Of a DNA stretch of 64,000 nucleotides, positions 26,996 to 40,357 are shown in pieces. The stretch spans positions 1,408,001 through 1,472,000 of the forward strand of contig CAWJTV010000011.1 in assembly GCA_963845755.1 (NCBI GenBank). Reading direction: 5' to 3'. The notes under the pieces are model-generated. The model was not told where the DNA came from and searched no databases. It worked only from the letters and a program-made list of their open reading frames with translations. Within the stretch, counting starts at the first letter, position 1, and every line of letters starts with the position of its first letter. The stretch is from an uncultured Planctomycetota bacterium. Its GTDB lineage: Bacteria > Planctomycetota > Planctomycetia > Isosphaerales > Isosphaeraceae. The translations under genes were made by a program, and so were the position numbers.

Positions 26996-27592
26996 GAGGA
27001 CTCGGCCCCGCCCTTTGAGGCGGGCCATGACGACGGATGTACTCGACGGGCCGGTCCCGCAGGGGTCGTTTACAAGAACCGACACTCGAGCTTCGGCCAG
27101 ATGACCCTCACCGCAATGGTCCCGATCGTCAACATCGCGTTGCCTGGCGACAACAGACATGTCCCAGGGTCTGCCCCATCGCCCTATCGTCTATGAAAAG
27201 CGGGCGGGACTGGCTCGTGATGAGGCGGGAGTGTCCGGCCAGCCCAACGACATCGATCGCTCTTGGGTGTAAAGAGCAATTCGGTGAAACCCCGTCAGCC
27301 GTGGCGATCGTGTGCCTCCACGATCGGCCACGGCATGATCCTCTACAGATCCCCCCGAGCCCCACGATTGCCCTGGTGCCATTCTGGCTGATCCGCGCGC
27401 GACGAGCATGGTCCATCGAGGCGGCCTTTCCTGTTGCGGGGACAGGGCCTGTCAGACACTGTTCCTTCACAGGAAAGGCCCCTCAACACTCAGGCCATCC
27501 TCTTGTCGAGGCGGCCGACTCGAGCTCACTCCTGAGCGAGAACTTTGGGAAAAGGGCTGAAACTCGTGGCATCGTCGCGATTGCACACCTTC

Positions 27593-29368
<1,776 letters not shown>

Positions 29369-29483
29369 GTCCATCATTCTCCTCAAGGTGTTAGAAAGAC
29401 GTAAGGATTTTGCCGCTTCTGTCCGCCGCAGACCCGGATGGGTGGCTCTGCTCAAACCTTCCGCCAGGGCAGGAGGTCGCTCA

Positions 29484-29903
29484 TCATCTCACGAACAGCT
29501 CCCAGAGTCCCAGGAGGCCGATGACCGCGATCAGCATGGCCACCGTGACGCTCAATGGCCACGGACTCAAGACCGGTGATTCCCCACGCCGGAGCCTTCG
29601 TAGCGTGAGCCAATGAGACAAACCCGCGAGCAACGCCCCGACAATCCCCAGGAGGAGCAGCGCCGTGCCCATGCGAATCGCACCGCGATGCAACCGAAAG
29701 CTCTCGGAACTCGGCGACTTTTCCTCGATCGAGCGGAAGAACGCGACCATGCCGAAGCCAAAGCTTGCCATGGCCAGGGTCGTCCTGACCCAGGCGAGTG
29801 TCGTCCGGTCCAGGGCTAGCTGGGTCCGGTAACTCGCCATGCTGGTCCGCTGTCGCGCCAGATTTATGCGGGGATCGTCGGAATTCGGCGTTGACTCGCT
29901 CAT
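29484..29903 (-). CDS. DUF202 (YidH-like) membrane protein
   Basis: LALDRTTLAWVRTTLAMASFGF and three TM segments. Confidence 0.88.
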   Translation of the reverse strand: MSESTPNSDDPRINLARQRTSMASYRTQLALDRTTLAWVRTTLAMASFGFGMVAFFRSIEEKSPSSESFRLHRGAIRMGTALLLLGIVGALLAGLSHWLTLRRLRRGESPVLSPWPLSVTVAMLIAVIGLLGLWELFVR

Positions 29904-30196
29904 GGGTGGTCCGTTTCGTGCGGGGCCTGGCCCTTCTTGCTCTTGTGTTCCAGGTATTTCCGACTCGCCTCCAACCCCTCGATGACGTGCGGCAGGGCTT
30001 CGAGGATGCTGAAGATCCCGATGATGAGGATGCCGTGACCGACGCGAAGATGCCCATGTGCGATGTCTTCTCGAAACGTGCGCGCGGCCTCGGTCAGGCC
30101 GATCAAGACCAGCGCGATCCCCTTCACCAGGTTGGTGACGGGATTCTCGACGAACGAAGTGATGGCACGTGCGATCTGATTCCAGCGGTCGTTCAT
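29900..30196 (-). CDS. Small two-TM hypothetical protein
   Basis: MNDRWNQIARAITSFVENPVTNLVKGIALVLIGL...GHGILIIGIFSIL; ATGA overlap with the DUF202 gene. Confidence 0.7.
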   Translation of the reverse strand: MNDRWNQIARAITSFVENPVTNLVKGIALVLIGLTEAARTFREDIAHGHLRVGHGILIIGIFSILEALPHVIEGLEASRKYLEHKSKKGQAPHETDHP

Positions 30197-30284
30197 CAGA
30201 CTATCCCGTCGTTCCTTTCTGGCCTGGCCCGCGCCGAGGGCCTGGGTCGAAGTACCCAAGGTCCAGCACGAGATCGAACCAACG

Positions 30285-31335
30285 TCACTGTGTGCCCAGG
30301 CGCGCCTTTCGGCTCGCCAACTCCGCTTGCCACCGTGCCGCGATTGATGACTCCGACGGGCGTGCTGTCCGGCGTCGAGTTCTCGGTCACGTCGATGTAC
30401 ATGGCCGCGGACGCATCGGCCGAGAGCTGCGATCTGGGGAGGAGCGTGAGCCGTCCGACGGTGTGAAATGGAGCTTGCGTTTCCTTCCACTCGACGCTCG
30501 CGTTCTCGATCCAGAAGTCGGGGTCCCGACGTTTGCCCCAGTAGGTCATCTTCTCCGTATCGAGGAATTGAAGCCCGATGTCGAAGGAACTCATCGTGAT
30601 GTCTTCGTTCAGGTGCCGAACCAGTTCGTCTTGCAGGGCGTTCGGATTGTTCGCCTGCAGGGGCCGTGCGGGATTACCTGCGCACGGCGAGGCCGAATAC
30701 TTCACGACGTCCGCCGCTCCGTGGCGGAACGGCACGTTGCTCCAATCGCGCAGTTGCTGATAGGGCCGAACCGGTTGCCGTGTCTGCAACCTGGCCTTCA
30801 TAATGGTTCGCGCGAATACGAGCTTGTCTCGAAATGGCAATGACCAGAGGACTCGGGCCGGACTCGACGCCGTGAGCATCTTCACCAAGACGACGAACGC
30901 GTGTAGGTCATTGATAGGGAGCGTGGTCGCGCTTTGCAGTGAAAGGTCCTGCCGTACGGTGTTCCCGCCGGGCGCCGCCAGGCCATCCGGCGCGAGATCG
31001 ACGGCGAATGACAACGCACGTACGTCGGTTTGATAATCGGATTTCACCTTCGGGTCCGAGTTGGAGAACCTCACCGTGGCGGGGTAGATACCGGGCGTGG
31101 CGTAGATGCCCTTGGCGAGCCTCGCCGCCAGCGCGGGATTGCGCCCCGCGGTGACGTCAAAGACCTCGAATTGAGCTCTCACACACACGCCTTTCGCGTG
31201 GCTCGCACGGCGGCGCGGTCCGTCTGGTCCCGCCGCGCGTGCCTGGAGCGCGAGAAACCCCTGAACGATCTCCGCGATCTGGGCCTCTTCGGTGGCCGGC
31301 TGGCGTTCCTGCGAGTGTCCGGTCAGGACGGACAT
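30285..31335 (-). CDS. Short catalase-like protein; probable frame break near 30340
   Basis: RRASHAKG (distal His), VRFSN, WSNVPFRHG, IENASVEW, VGRLTL. A +1 shift gives INRARWQAELASRKARLGTQ-stop at 30285; unshifted the ORF runs to 30196. ATG after GAGGAGG. Confidence 0.82.
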
Positions 31336-31358
31336 GAGTGGGTCCTCCTCAGCCCTCG

Positions 31359-32915
31359 TCATTTCAGGTTGGCGATGAACTTCGTTGCGGTGATGCTGGG
31401 CAAGAAGCAGTAGGCCACCGCACGCGTCGTGGTAAAGCTCGAAAAGCCCGCAATCTTGATCGGAGGGGCGCCACTCGCTTGCGGAATCACAAAAATGCTT
31501 TCCGCCGGGTCCTGAGTCCCGATGAGCGGGTCTTTCGCCTTGGGATTCAGCCGGACGGCTCCGGCGAATTCGCTGTCATTCACCCACTGGCTCAGCACGA
31601 ATTCATACTGGTTCTCGATATTCGAGTTGATGAAGTAGCCGAAGAGCCCGCGTTCGATTCCGTCGTACGGTTGCGTCGGATCGTAGGATGGGCCGTACGG
31701 GAGGCCGCGACGAATGAGCCGATGAGTGTTATTGCTGCCGCCGGTCTGTCCCTGGCCGCTGATGGGCTGTCCCCGCGGATTGATGCGGCGGATGTGCGCA
31801 CCGACCGGACAGCGCAGCCCTTTCGGATCTCCCGACCCGTCGGGGTTCACGTACTCAAAATTGTTCAGTTGGTCCGGCGAGATTCCAGCCGGTGGGCTAT
31901 CCGTGTCCAGGGAGAGCGCCAGAGGAACGCCGTTGCGCCATCGTCCGCACATCTTGGCGGCGAGCAGCTCCGGATCGATGCGGTCCTGATTCGACTGCAA
32001 GAAATTCTCGAAGCCGACCACATCGGTCCGGATCATCTTGAAGACGGCAAAACTGCCATTCCGCCCGAGCTCCGGGGGCTCTGGCACGAAGTAATTTTCG
32101 GCCTCGTCCAGCAAGACGAACAACCAGGGCTCACACGGCTGCTGGTGGTCGGGCTTGTATCGCTCCGGCCCCCCACGAATCGTCGTCATGCTGATGCCAT
32201 CGACGTAGCCGAAGTGAACCTTGGAAACGGGCACCGGCTGACCATCCTGCATCTCCATCAGCGCCATGCCGTCGCCGCGCCAGAGTTCCTGGAAAGCTTG
32301 ACCTTCAACGATCATCGCCGACAAGCGATCACTGTAGGTCTTCAGGGCTTCCGGAGTTGCGGCATGCAGAGTCAGCATGACGTGATCGTTTCCCGTCCCG
32401 AAACCGCCGATCCAGTTTTCCGGTCCATTCACTCCGGTGTCGCCGACCCGTTCCGCCCGCGCGGCGGCTCCGGCGACGAACGCGTTGAACGATCTGAAGG
32501 AGAGGTTGGGAGCACGATCCTTGACCTCCAATGCCAGCAATCCGGCCCACGTGATGCCCAGGTTCAGGCAATAGTCGGGCTTACAGCGCGGGGGGTCCGC
32601 CGGATTGTCTCCGGGGCCCGGCTCAAATCCGACCTGCCAGTCCCTGGCCGTCCTGATCTGGGGCGCATCGGTTTCGTCGCCGTTGACGAACCGGCCAAGA
32701 AGCTGGCGTGCTGCCGAGGGGACAGTGACCTTCAGCAGGAAATGCCGCACGATCGGCATCCGGTAGCCGCGGAGGATGAAGCCCTGAATGTCTTCAAGAT
32801 CCAGTGGTTTGGAGACGGGCGATGATTTCTGGCCCTCGCCTCGGCCGAACAACCGATGAAAGAACCCGACGTTTTCTTTCTTCGTTGGCGAGTTCGTCTC
32901 AGGTTCCTGGCTCAT
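31359..32915 (-). CDS. Dyp-type (dye-decolorising) peroxidase
   Basis: LEDIQG, HFGYVDGIS (GxxDG), KMCGRW, CPVGAHIRRINPR (proximal His), LIRRGLPYG, NIENQYEFV. Confidence 0.93.
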   Translation of the reverse strand: MSQEPETNSPTKKENVGFFHRLFGRGEGQKSSPVSKPLDLEDIQGFILRGYRMPIVRHFLLKVTVPSAARQLLGRFVNGDETDAPQIRTARDWQVGFEPGPGDNPADPPRCKPDYCLNLGITWAGLLALEVKDRAPNLSFRSFNAFVAGAAARAERVGDTGVNGPENWIGGFGTGNDHVMLTLHAATPEALKTYSDRLSAMIVEGQAFQELWRGDGMALMEMQDGQPVPVSKVHFGYVDGISMTTIRGGPERYKPDHQQPCEPWLFVLLDEAENYFVPEPPELGRNGSFAVFKMIRTDVVGFENFLQSNQDRIDPELLAAKMCGRWRNGVPLALSLDTDSPPAGISPDQLNNFEYVNPDGSGDPKGLRCPVGAHIRRINPRGQPISGQGQTGGSNNTHRLIRRGLPYGPSYDPTQPYDGIERGLFGYFINSNIENQYEFVLSQWVNDSEFAGAVRLNPKAKDPLIGTQDPAESIFVIPQASGAPPIKIAGFSSFTTTRAVAYCFLPSITATKFIANLK

Positions 32916-32986
32916 CGCGCATCACCTTTCCGACTCAGGATCCTGGTTCTCTAGCACGGCGCCATGGGATCTCAGCCGGGCGACAA

Positions 32987-33853
32987 TCAACCCGACACCG
33001 CTTCGGACCCGCTGTCGATGAGCAGGGCCTTGATGTCCTGAACGGTCAGGCCCGGATAGGCCTGGTAGAAGCCGATGGGGGTCCGGTTGGCGGCCGTCGC
33101 AAAATCGATGAACTCCTGGACGTGCTTCCTGCACGGCGACGGCGGCGCGCCCTCGGTGAACTTGAACAAGACATCAAAGACTTCCCCGATGTTCCGGGTG
33201 AAGTCATCGATGTACTTGTCGAACGACCCGTCGTAGACGGTGAAGAAGCCCAGTTGCCTGTCCTCGACGGGCACGAATTGTGCAAAGTGCGGCGTGCCGA
33301 CCTTGTCCAGGTCTCGACGAACTTTGCCCGCCATCCCCATCGTGCGCACGATCATCTGCATCTCCGCGAACGCGAGGCGCGATTTTGAAGGCAAGATCAC
33401 GAGGAATAGATTTGGCTGGCTGGCGCCCTTGACGTCCGCGGCGGCGGCCAGGGCCTTGATCTGCTTGGCGGTGGCACCGGTGTAGGCGGTGTAGACAAAG
33501 GCTGGGTGCAGGAGGTGTCCCGCCGCCCATTCGGCAAAGGCTTCCGCGTGATCGGCGACCGGTGTGGCTGGCGGATTGTCCACATGCGCGAAGAGAGTGT
33601 CGAACACCGGTCCTGCATGCCTGGCCAGATCCCGCATGAGTTGCCCGAATTCGCCGTCGAAGTCGGCGAGGAAGAGCAGCGTCTTCTCGCTCAGCACCGT
33701 GAAGCGGGAGTAATGCACCGTGCCGATGGCATCTTCCGCTCGGAACAGGTCGGGCATCAACGGGGTCAGATTCTGCGCCAGCTCTTTGGCAGCCGCGGGG
33801 GATCGGAACGGAAAGGCAAGGGTGAAATGGCTCTGGCTTACGGGGCTACTCAT
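32987..33853 (-). CDS. Internally duplicated DyP-associated hypothetical protein (ferredoxin-like/dimeric alpha-beta barrel-like)
   Basis: Two similar halves: IGTVHYSRFTVL..LLFLADFDGEF..FDTLFAHVDNPPATPV..Y.AY.G.T.KQI and VGTPHFAQFVPV..LGFFTVYDGSF..FDVLFKFTEGAPPSPC..YQAYPGLTVQDI. Confidence 0.75.
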   Translation of the reverse strand: MSSPVSQSHFTLAFPFRSPAAAKELAQNLTPLMPDLFRAEDAIGTVHYSRFTVLSEKTLLFLADFDGEFGQLMRDLARHAGPVFDTLFAHVDNPPATPVADHAEAFAEWAAGHLLHPAFVYTAYTGATAKQIKALAAAADVKGASQPNLFLVILPSKSRLAFAEMQMIVRTMGMAGKVRRDLDKVGTPHFAQFVPVEDRQLGFFTVYDGSFDKYIDDFTRNIGEVFDVLFKFTEGAPPSPCRKHVQEFIDFATAANRTPIGFYQAYPGLTVQDIKALLIDSGSEAVSG

Positions 33854-33950
33854 GGACGGGTTTTCCTTGCTCCTTATGTGTGCGACCACGGATCGTCGCG
33901 AACCGGTCAACCCCGTGCGACATGTGTCGGGGTCGACCGGCCGTTCCGAG

Positions 33951-35433
33951 CTAACGGGCGAACTTCAACCCTGGGTCATTCGGCGGGCCGCCGACCAGTC
34001 GGAAGCTGAAATTGTCGGCGTCTTGCCAGGCGACCTGACCGACCAGGGCCCCGTTCTGGCCTCCCTCAGCGGCCAGGGTCAAGACGCCGTCGGCGAAGGT
34101 TGATTTGCCGGCGATGTTCATCGGCGGCTTTCCCGTGCTGGTGGCGGTCCAGGTGAACGCGCCGCCGTCCTGGATCGCCAGGGCAATCTTTGCGTCCTTG
34201 GCCGGCGTGGCCGACCAGTTCCCGGCCAGCTTCCCCTCGACGGCCGGCGCCGCGGCCGGGGCCGCCCCGGCGGGCGGCGGTGGGTTACCGCCGGAGGGTT
34301 GGAACTGGGCGATAATCTCGCCGAGAGTGTGTCGCCAGGCTGGAGCCTCGCGACCTCTTTAAGCTGGGAGATGGCCTCCGGGTCATGCCCCTGGCTCAGG
34401 TACTGGTAGGCCAGCACGAAGCGAGCCTGGGCCGAATCGGGGTTGGCCTTGACGTAGGCCTCCAGCGCTCGGACCTGGCGGGTGTAGGTCGCGACGTCGG
34501 CGTACATTCCGCTCAAGGTCGTCCAGTCCCAGCCGGGTCGAACGGAGAGGACGGCGTAGAGCGGAGCCGCGGCCTGCTCGTACTTGCCCTTGGCGAAGTA
34601 GGCCAGGGACAGGAACTCGTGCATCGTCGTGTCATTGGGCGTCTGAGCGAGGGCCTGCTGATCGAGCTGAATGGCCTGAGAGTAGTCGCCTGCCTTGAAT
34701 GCCTCGCGGGCCTGGTCGTACGCCGAACTCGCCCGGCCGGTGACGGCCTGATCGGGCGCCGCGGCGGTCGTGTTGATCGGCTGGGAATAGTCGGAGCCCG
34801 GCGCCGCGGTCGTCTGCTGCGCAGTTCCGGGCTGCTGCACGAACGCGGTCTGCGGAACGCCGCCCGACCCGGAATAGCCGCCGGAGTAGGGATTGCTATA
34901 GCCCGAATAGCCCCAGCCGTACATCGGCGAGCCGGCGCCCCAGGCCCCGACCCCACTCGGGTAACCCATGCCCATTCCCGTCGCTCCCCAGCCCGCATAA
35001 TTATTGCCGTTCCAGGTGCCGTTATGGTTGTTGGCATAGCCTCCGCCGGCGGCGGCGCCCGCGGCACCCGCGTGGGGATACTGCGAGCTCTGGTTGCGGT
35101 TGGCATAGCCTGCGCCGGCGGCGGCGCCCGCGGCACCCGCGTGGGGATACTGCGAGCTCTGGTTGCGGTTGGCGTATCCCGCGCCCGCGGCGGCGGGGGC
35201 CGCGTTGGGGTGCGCCCGGACTGATTGCCGTATTGCGATCGGTTGCCGTAGGAACCCGACGACGGATTCGTCAACGAGTGAGGCTGGCTGAATGACGGAG
35301 AGTGCCCCATCTGGCCGCCCCCGTAGCCGCCGCCGCCGCGGTAACCGCCGCCGCGACCCGCAAGGACATCCGATGGGCAGGACAGGAGCGCCAGTGTGAT
35401 GCCGAGGGCCGGCTTCGAAAGCGCGCGATTCAT
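33951..35433 (-). CDS. Exported Gly/Tyr-rich TPR protein; frameshifted
   Basis: Signal peptide ending VLAGRGGG; 69-bp internal repeats (35033, 35102); AREAFKAGDY, AAAPLYAVL..GWDW, RFVLAYQY; final frame ends FRLVGGPPNDPGLKFAR-stop at 33951. Confidence 0.78.
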
Positions 35434-35482
35434 GATGAAGATCCTCGTTGAAAGGAGATTGTCTTGGGTACGTCTGGTGGGC

Positions 35483-36464
35483 TTACTTGCCGACTTCGGG
35501 TGGCTTACGCACGATCGTGAACTCGTCGATCCCGGGGACGGCGGAGCCTCCCACGGTCCTTTCCGTTCAACTGCCAGCTCATGCGGTCCTGGCCCAGGCG
35601 CGTGATGATGTTCGTGGCCGACGCGGGTTGCCCGTCCTGGCCGACGCCTTCGACCTTGACCACCCACTGGTTGCCGGTGCGCGTAAAGTAGCCTTCGCCG
35701 TGGCCGCCCTCGGAGTCGAAGATCCAGGTCTTGAACTGCCGCTTGAGTGGGTCCCAGCCGATCCGCTGGGTGCCCGAGAGTACGGGCCGTCCCTGGGTCT
35801 TCATGGTGAACTCACGATCGAGGAAGTTGCCGCCTTTGGCCCACGTGCAGGAGGTGGAGACGACCGCAGCCTGGCTTTCGTTGACCCAGTCGCCCACGAG
35901 CCACTCCAGTTCCTTGAGGCGGTCGTGGGGGGCGAGGTCGTGCGCGAGCTCGTCGCGGACGGCGGCCTGCCGCCACTGTCCGCCTTGCTTGACGTAGACG
36001 GCGGTGAAGCGGGTGATCTCCGGTGCGCCGGCACCCGCGGCCGGTGTGATCGTCGTGCGGCCCTCCTCGAGGGCCGTCTCCGGGCCGAGGAAACGGAGCG
36101 AGTCGACCTGGATGGCGATCGTGCTCCCGGGATTGCCGGCGAACGATGCGGCGTACTGGTCGCGGACGGCGGCGCGTCCCTCGACTCGCTCGCCGCGCTC
36201 ATCGACGACGACCGCCGTCTCCGTGTACGTGGCGGCGGTGGCCTCGACGTTGCGAGCGTTGAAGGCCGTGATGAACGTATCGAGGAGCGCCTTGATCGCC
36301 GTCTCGTCGTCGCCCCGACCGACCGGAGATGTCACGGCCGCCTGTTCGGCTGGGGTTTGCGCGGCCGCCGGATCTGCCGGCGCTCGCTTCGTCAACTCCC
36401 GGGCGTTCAGGCCCGAGCCGATCGCGCCGATCGCGACCATGAGGATCAGAAAGACTTTCTTCAT
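35483..36464 (-). CDS. SnoaL/NTF2-like (SgcJ/EcaC, YybH-type) exported protein; frame break near the 3' end
   Basis: MKKVFLILMVAIG leader; AFNARNVEATAATYTE, SLRFLGPETALEEG, LKELEWLVGDW, QRIGWDP, WIFDSEGGHGEG. The shifted frame ends VRKPPEVGK-stop. Confidence 0.85.
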
Positions 36465-36536
36465 CAGCGTTTTCCCTTCTGCAAGAATGAGTTCTTCGCC
36501 CTGCGGCGGCTCGGCTCGCAACGGGCGGGTCACTGT

Positions 36537-36938
36537 CTATCCCGACTCCGACACCGCCGGCGAGACGAACGAACCACCCGCGAGGACGGCCTCGACCGCC
36601 GGGATCAAGTCGATGGCCGCGGTTCGCTTGAGCACGAATCCTGCAACGCCCGCGTTGCGCATCTGCGTGGCTACGGTGGGCTCGTCGTGAACGCTGAGGG
36701 CGATCAAACATAATCGGGGGAAGCGGCCCATCAACTGCCGTACGATGTTGGTCCCTTCCTTCACCGGCATTGAGAGGTCGACGACGACGAGGTCCGGGTC
36801 GAGCCGCTCGATCGTTTCGAACAATGACCCTTCATCGGCAACCATCACGACCGCCGCGAAGAGGGATTCCAGCAGACTGCGGACGCCCTGCAACATGGGA
36901 AGGTGGCTATCGGCCAGGAGGACACGGCCTTGCCTCAT
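36537..36938 (-). CDS. Stand-alone response regulator receiver protein
   Basis: RVLLADSH, PDLVVVDLSMP, IALSVH, GFVLK; no output domain. Confidence 0.88.
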   Translation of the reverse strand: MRQGRVLLADSHLPMLQGVRSLLESLFAAVVMVADEGSLFETIERLDPDLVVVDLSMPVKEGTNIVRQLMGRFPRLCLIALSVHDEPTVATQMRNAGVAGFVLKRTAAIDLIPAVEAVLAGGSFVSPAVSESG

Positions 36939-37275
36939 GGTGCCACCTGTCTTGTCTCGTTGCGCCGACCGCCTTCCGGTCTCCTCCCGGCGCCCGCCCC
37001 CTCCCCGCATGAGGCGATCGACACTCGAGGCCTTGCTCGTTGAACGCTCATAGCCGATCCCATTTTCTGCGAAGGGGCCAATGACAGAGATGCCGTAGGT
37101 ATCGAGGTGCCGACCCTCTGCATCGTCGCGTGGAGACACGAGTTCACAGCCGTGCGGCACCTGGAACCACGCCGGGTGTTCGGGCTCTCGCGGATCATCT
37201 TGCGACGTGCCGAGAGGCGACGCTACTCGCAAAGCTACCGGACCCGGCTTGCGCTTCGCGAGCGCGGACGACCCG

Positions 37276-37917
37276 TCAGACGGAGATGATGCCGTTCCGG
37301 ATCGCGTATTGGACCAGCTCCGCCGTGGTCCGGACCTCGAGCACTTTCATGACGCGAGCTCGATGGAATTCCGCGGTCCGCGTTGAGATGTGCAGGAGGC
37401 TCGCGACCTCCTTGGCCGACCGGCCCTCGGCGGAGAGCTGCAAGACTTCGCGCTGGCGAGGTGTCAACCGCCGGGCTGCGTCCGGCGGTTGCGGGCCCTC
37501 TTCTCGATACGAGCGGAGCAGTTCCCCGGCGATCAGCGGGGTCACATAGGTCTGACCGCGGAGTGCTTCCCGTATCGCCTTGACCAGTTCGTCGTGGGCG
37601 GAATGTTTCAGGACGTAACCCGATGCCCCGGCTTCCATGGCCCTCCGTGCGTACGAGACATCGCGTTGCATGGTCAGGAAGACCACCCTGCACGAAACCC
37701 CCGCCTGGCGGACTTGTGCGACGGCGTCGATGCCGTTGAGCGAGGGCATGCTGATATCGGCGACGACCACATCGGGCCGGAGTTTGATGGCGGCCTCGAC
37801 CAACTCCCTGCCGTCGGACACGATCCCCACCAGCTCGAATTCTGGCTCCAGCAGGCCCCGCACCCCCTCGGCAAGGATCCGGTGGTCGTCGGCGAGCAAG
37901 ATCCGTGGCTTCTTCAT
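37276..37917 (-). CDS. NarL/FixJ family response regulator (REC + LuxR HTH)
   Basis: RILLADDH, VVADISMP, GYVLK, LTPRQREVLQL..GRSAKEVA..IS.RTAEFHR. Confidence 0.93.
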   Translation of the reverse strand: MKKPRILLADDHRILAEGVRGLLEPEFELVGIVSDGRELVEAAIKLRPDVVVADISMPSLNGIDAVAQVRQAGVSCRVVFLTMQRDVSYARRAMEAGASGYVLKHSAHDELVKAIREALRGQTYVTPLIAGELLRSYREEGPQPPDAARRLTPRQREVLQLSAEGRSAKEVASLLHISTRTAEFHRARVMKVLEVRTTAELVQYAIRNGIISV

Positions 37918-39234
37918 GGCTCGCTCCCGACCGCGGGGACGCGGACCGTGACCGTCGTGCCTTGCCCCGGCTTGGAGTTCGACGGAAAGTTCCCCTCGAA
38001 CCAGGCGGACCCGCTCCCCCATGCTGGAGAGCCCGAGGCCCGCCCGCGAGCGCGCACGTCCGCCGCGTCGAAGCCGACACCCCGATCCTGGACGGTCAGG
38101 ATGAGTCGCCGGCCCGACCTGATGAGCGTGACGCGGGCTTCCGCGGTCCCGGCATGCTTGACGACATTCCGCAGGGCTTCCTGGGCAACCCGGTAGACGC
38201 AGAGGGCCACGTCCTTCGGCAAGGAGTCGGTGACGTCGTCCGAGCGATAGGCGACCGCGACACCCTCCCGTCGCGTAACGCTGGCACACTCGGAGCGCAG
38301 GGCGTTGACGAGCCCCAGGTCGTCGAGGATCGAGGGGTGTAGTTGGCGGGAGAGGGCGTGGACATCCTCCGAGAGGCGCACCAGTTCCCCGCTCATCTCC
38401 TGAAGTTGGCGATGTGCGTTCGACGACGGGTCAAGCTGTGTCTCGAGCCTCGCGGCATCAATGGCCAGGACCGCCAGCCGCTGGGTCCAGTCGTCGTGCA
38501 TCTCCCGGGCGATCCGGCGGCGCTCATCCTCTTGCGCCTGGAGGAGTCTTCCGGCCAGCAACCGGAGTTCGTCCTGGGTCTTTCGAAGCGACTCCTCTCG
38601 GGCGTGAAGGTCCTGATCCGCCCGCTTTCGTGCCAGGGCATTGGCGAAGATCTCGCCGACGGTCCGGAGGCGTTGGACGAGCTCATCCGGCCAGGCCCGG
38701 TACTCACGAAACGCCCCGAAACTGAGCACGCCGAGGACGATGCCCCCGGCCTTCAGGGGGATCGTCAGGTTGGATTTCATCCCCGTCTTGATGACGTACG
38801 CGCGGCTCATTGACAGCCTCCGCAGGGGCATCTTCCGGCAGTCGATCAAATCGCATCAGCTCTCCCCGCTGGACTTGCGCCGCATACCAGGGAAGATCTT
38901 CTTGGAGGATCAATGGGGGGAGCGGTGGATACCCGGGAACGACGAAGGAATGCGTGGCCAAGATACCCTTGTTGTCCTCGGAGAGTTGACCGAAGCCGCC
39001 CCGCTCGACGCCCAAGAAGGCGACGAGCCGCTCCAAAGCCCGCTCGATCTGTGCATCGACCAGGTCGGCGGCCACGTTGACGAAAGTGGCGGACAGGTCC
39101 GTGAGGAGCCGCTCGAACCGGAGGCGCTCCTCGGGTTGCTCGCGCAGGTCGAGATCGACCGGGAGCTGCCCTTGGCGTTCTTCGCAGCCGGGTGGTCGGA
39201 CCTTGGCGTACAGAGGTGCAACTGCTGGTCTCAT
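37914..39234 (-). CDS. GAF-domain HisKA_3 sensor histidine kinase; frameshifted
   Basis: GAF (ERLRFERLLTDLSATFVN...LTIPLKAGG), ERRRIAREMHD, EALRNVVKHA, DRGVGFD, GLSSMGERVRLV. ATGA overlap with the response regulator. Confidence 0.9.
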
Positions 39235-39240
39235 TGATCG

Positions 39241-39635
39241 CTACCCAGAGGTGTCCAGGCCAGGGGCCGCGGTCCGCAAACGGCGGTGGAGAAATGCCGC
39301 CGCCAGGAGGAGCGGTGCCTGGCTCAGGAAGTAGGCCGACGCGAACACGGCGAACTCGAGGCGCCCGAGGACCGTGACCGCAACGGCGGTCGAGCCGGCC
39401 GTGCAGGCGACGACGAGAAGCATCCCCTTCTCGACGGGGGACTCAGGCCAAGGGATCGAACGAGGACGAGGGCGATTCGCGGCAAGAAGACCATCTGGCC
39501 CGCGGTCGCTGCCACCAGAAGTCCGGGCGTTCTGACCACCCGACGGAAATCGCCTACGGTCAGGCCCAAGCCGACCGCGAACATGGACAGGATGACCAGG
39601 ACGGGTACCCCAATGTCGATGATCGGTTTGAGCAT
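39241..39635 (-). pseudogene. Bile acid:sodium symporter remnant with an internal deletion
   Basis: MFAVGLGLTVGDFRRV..QMVFLP..GMLLVVAC jumps straight to a C-terminal-like TAVAVTVLGRLEFAVF. About 130 codons against roughly 300 expected. Confidence 0.7.
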
Positions 39636-40357
39636 TCGGATACCGGTTGAGTGAAGAATCTGCCTCGATCGGGCCTTCCTCCGTCCGGCACCTGCCCGAA
39701 ATCGCCGTGCGTGCATCTCCGCCGGCGCCGACCCGCAGGATCTTCACCCCCGGCGTCGTGAAGCCGCTCATCCTCACGGGCCACACTTCGTCTGAACCCC
39801 CGCGACGTTGGGGGGGACCGGTCTCGCACTCGGAGAGCTACCCATTCATCAACTCTGCCAATATGACCAATCAGTCCTCATCCTGCAAGGTTCTCCGCGA
39901 CTTCCGCCAACTTTCTCACCAGGCACGAAGCGCCTGAGATTGCGTGGGCGCCATCCTGGGAGCGATCGCCTCTCCACTCGCCGTACGCCGCGTCGGTTCG
40001 ATGACATCATGCACATCGCAGTGAGAGCCGCGAATCGATCGCCGACGACCCACGCGGGCCGGGGGGATAGTGCTTCCCGGCCGCCCCGAGGTGACCGAGG
40101 TCGCCGTGGAAGTCTGACTGCCGCCCGCCCCGCGCCGATCGCCAGGACGCCGGGAAGAGCTCACCAGCCCACCGCGGGCTCGTGCGCACTCGCGGCATCA
40201 TCTCGATGTCGATCGCATCGACTTGGGGACAGACGGGCCCGGTGCCCCGATGACTCCGCTCCCGTCGGCTGCTACAATGTCAGCAACGGGCCTATCACCC
40301 GACGCCGCGGATCGGGGGACGGCCTCATCACCGCCACAGAGCAGAAATGGGGAGACC

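Noticed and set aside
27380..27560. Possible IS4-type left end and transposase start (MDHARRARISQ, minus strand)
   Set aside because: Only about 11 codons of vague resemblance, with no DDE domain and no paired inverted repeat.
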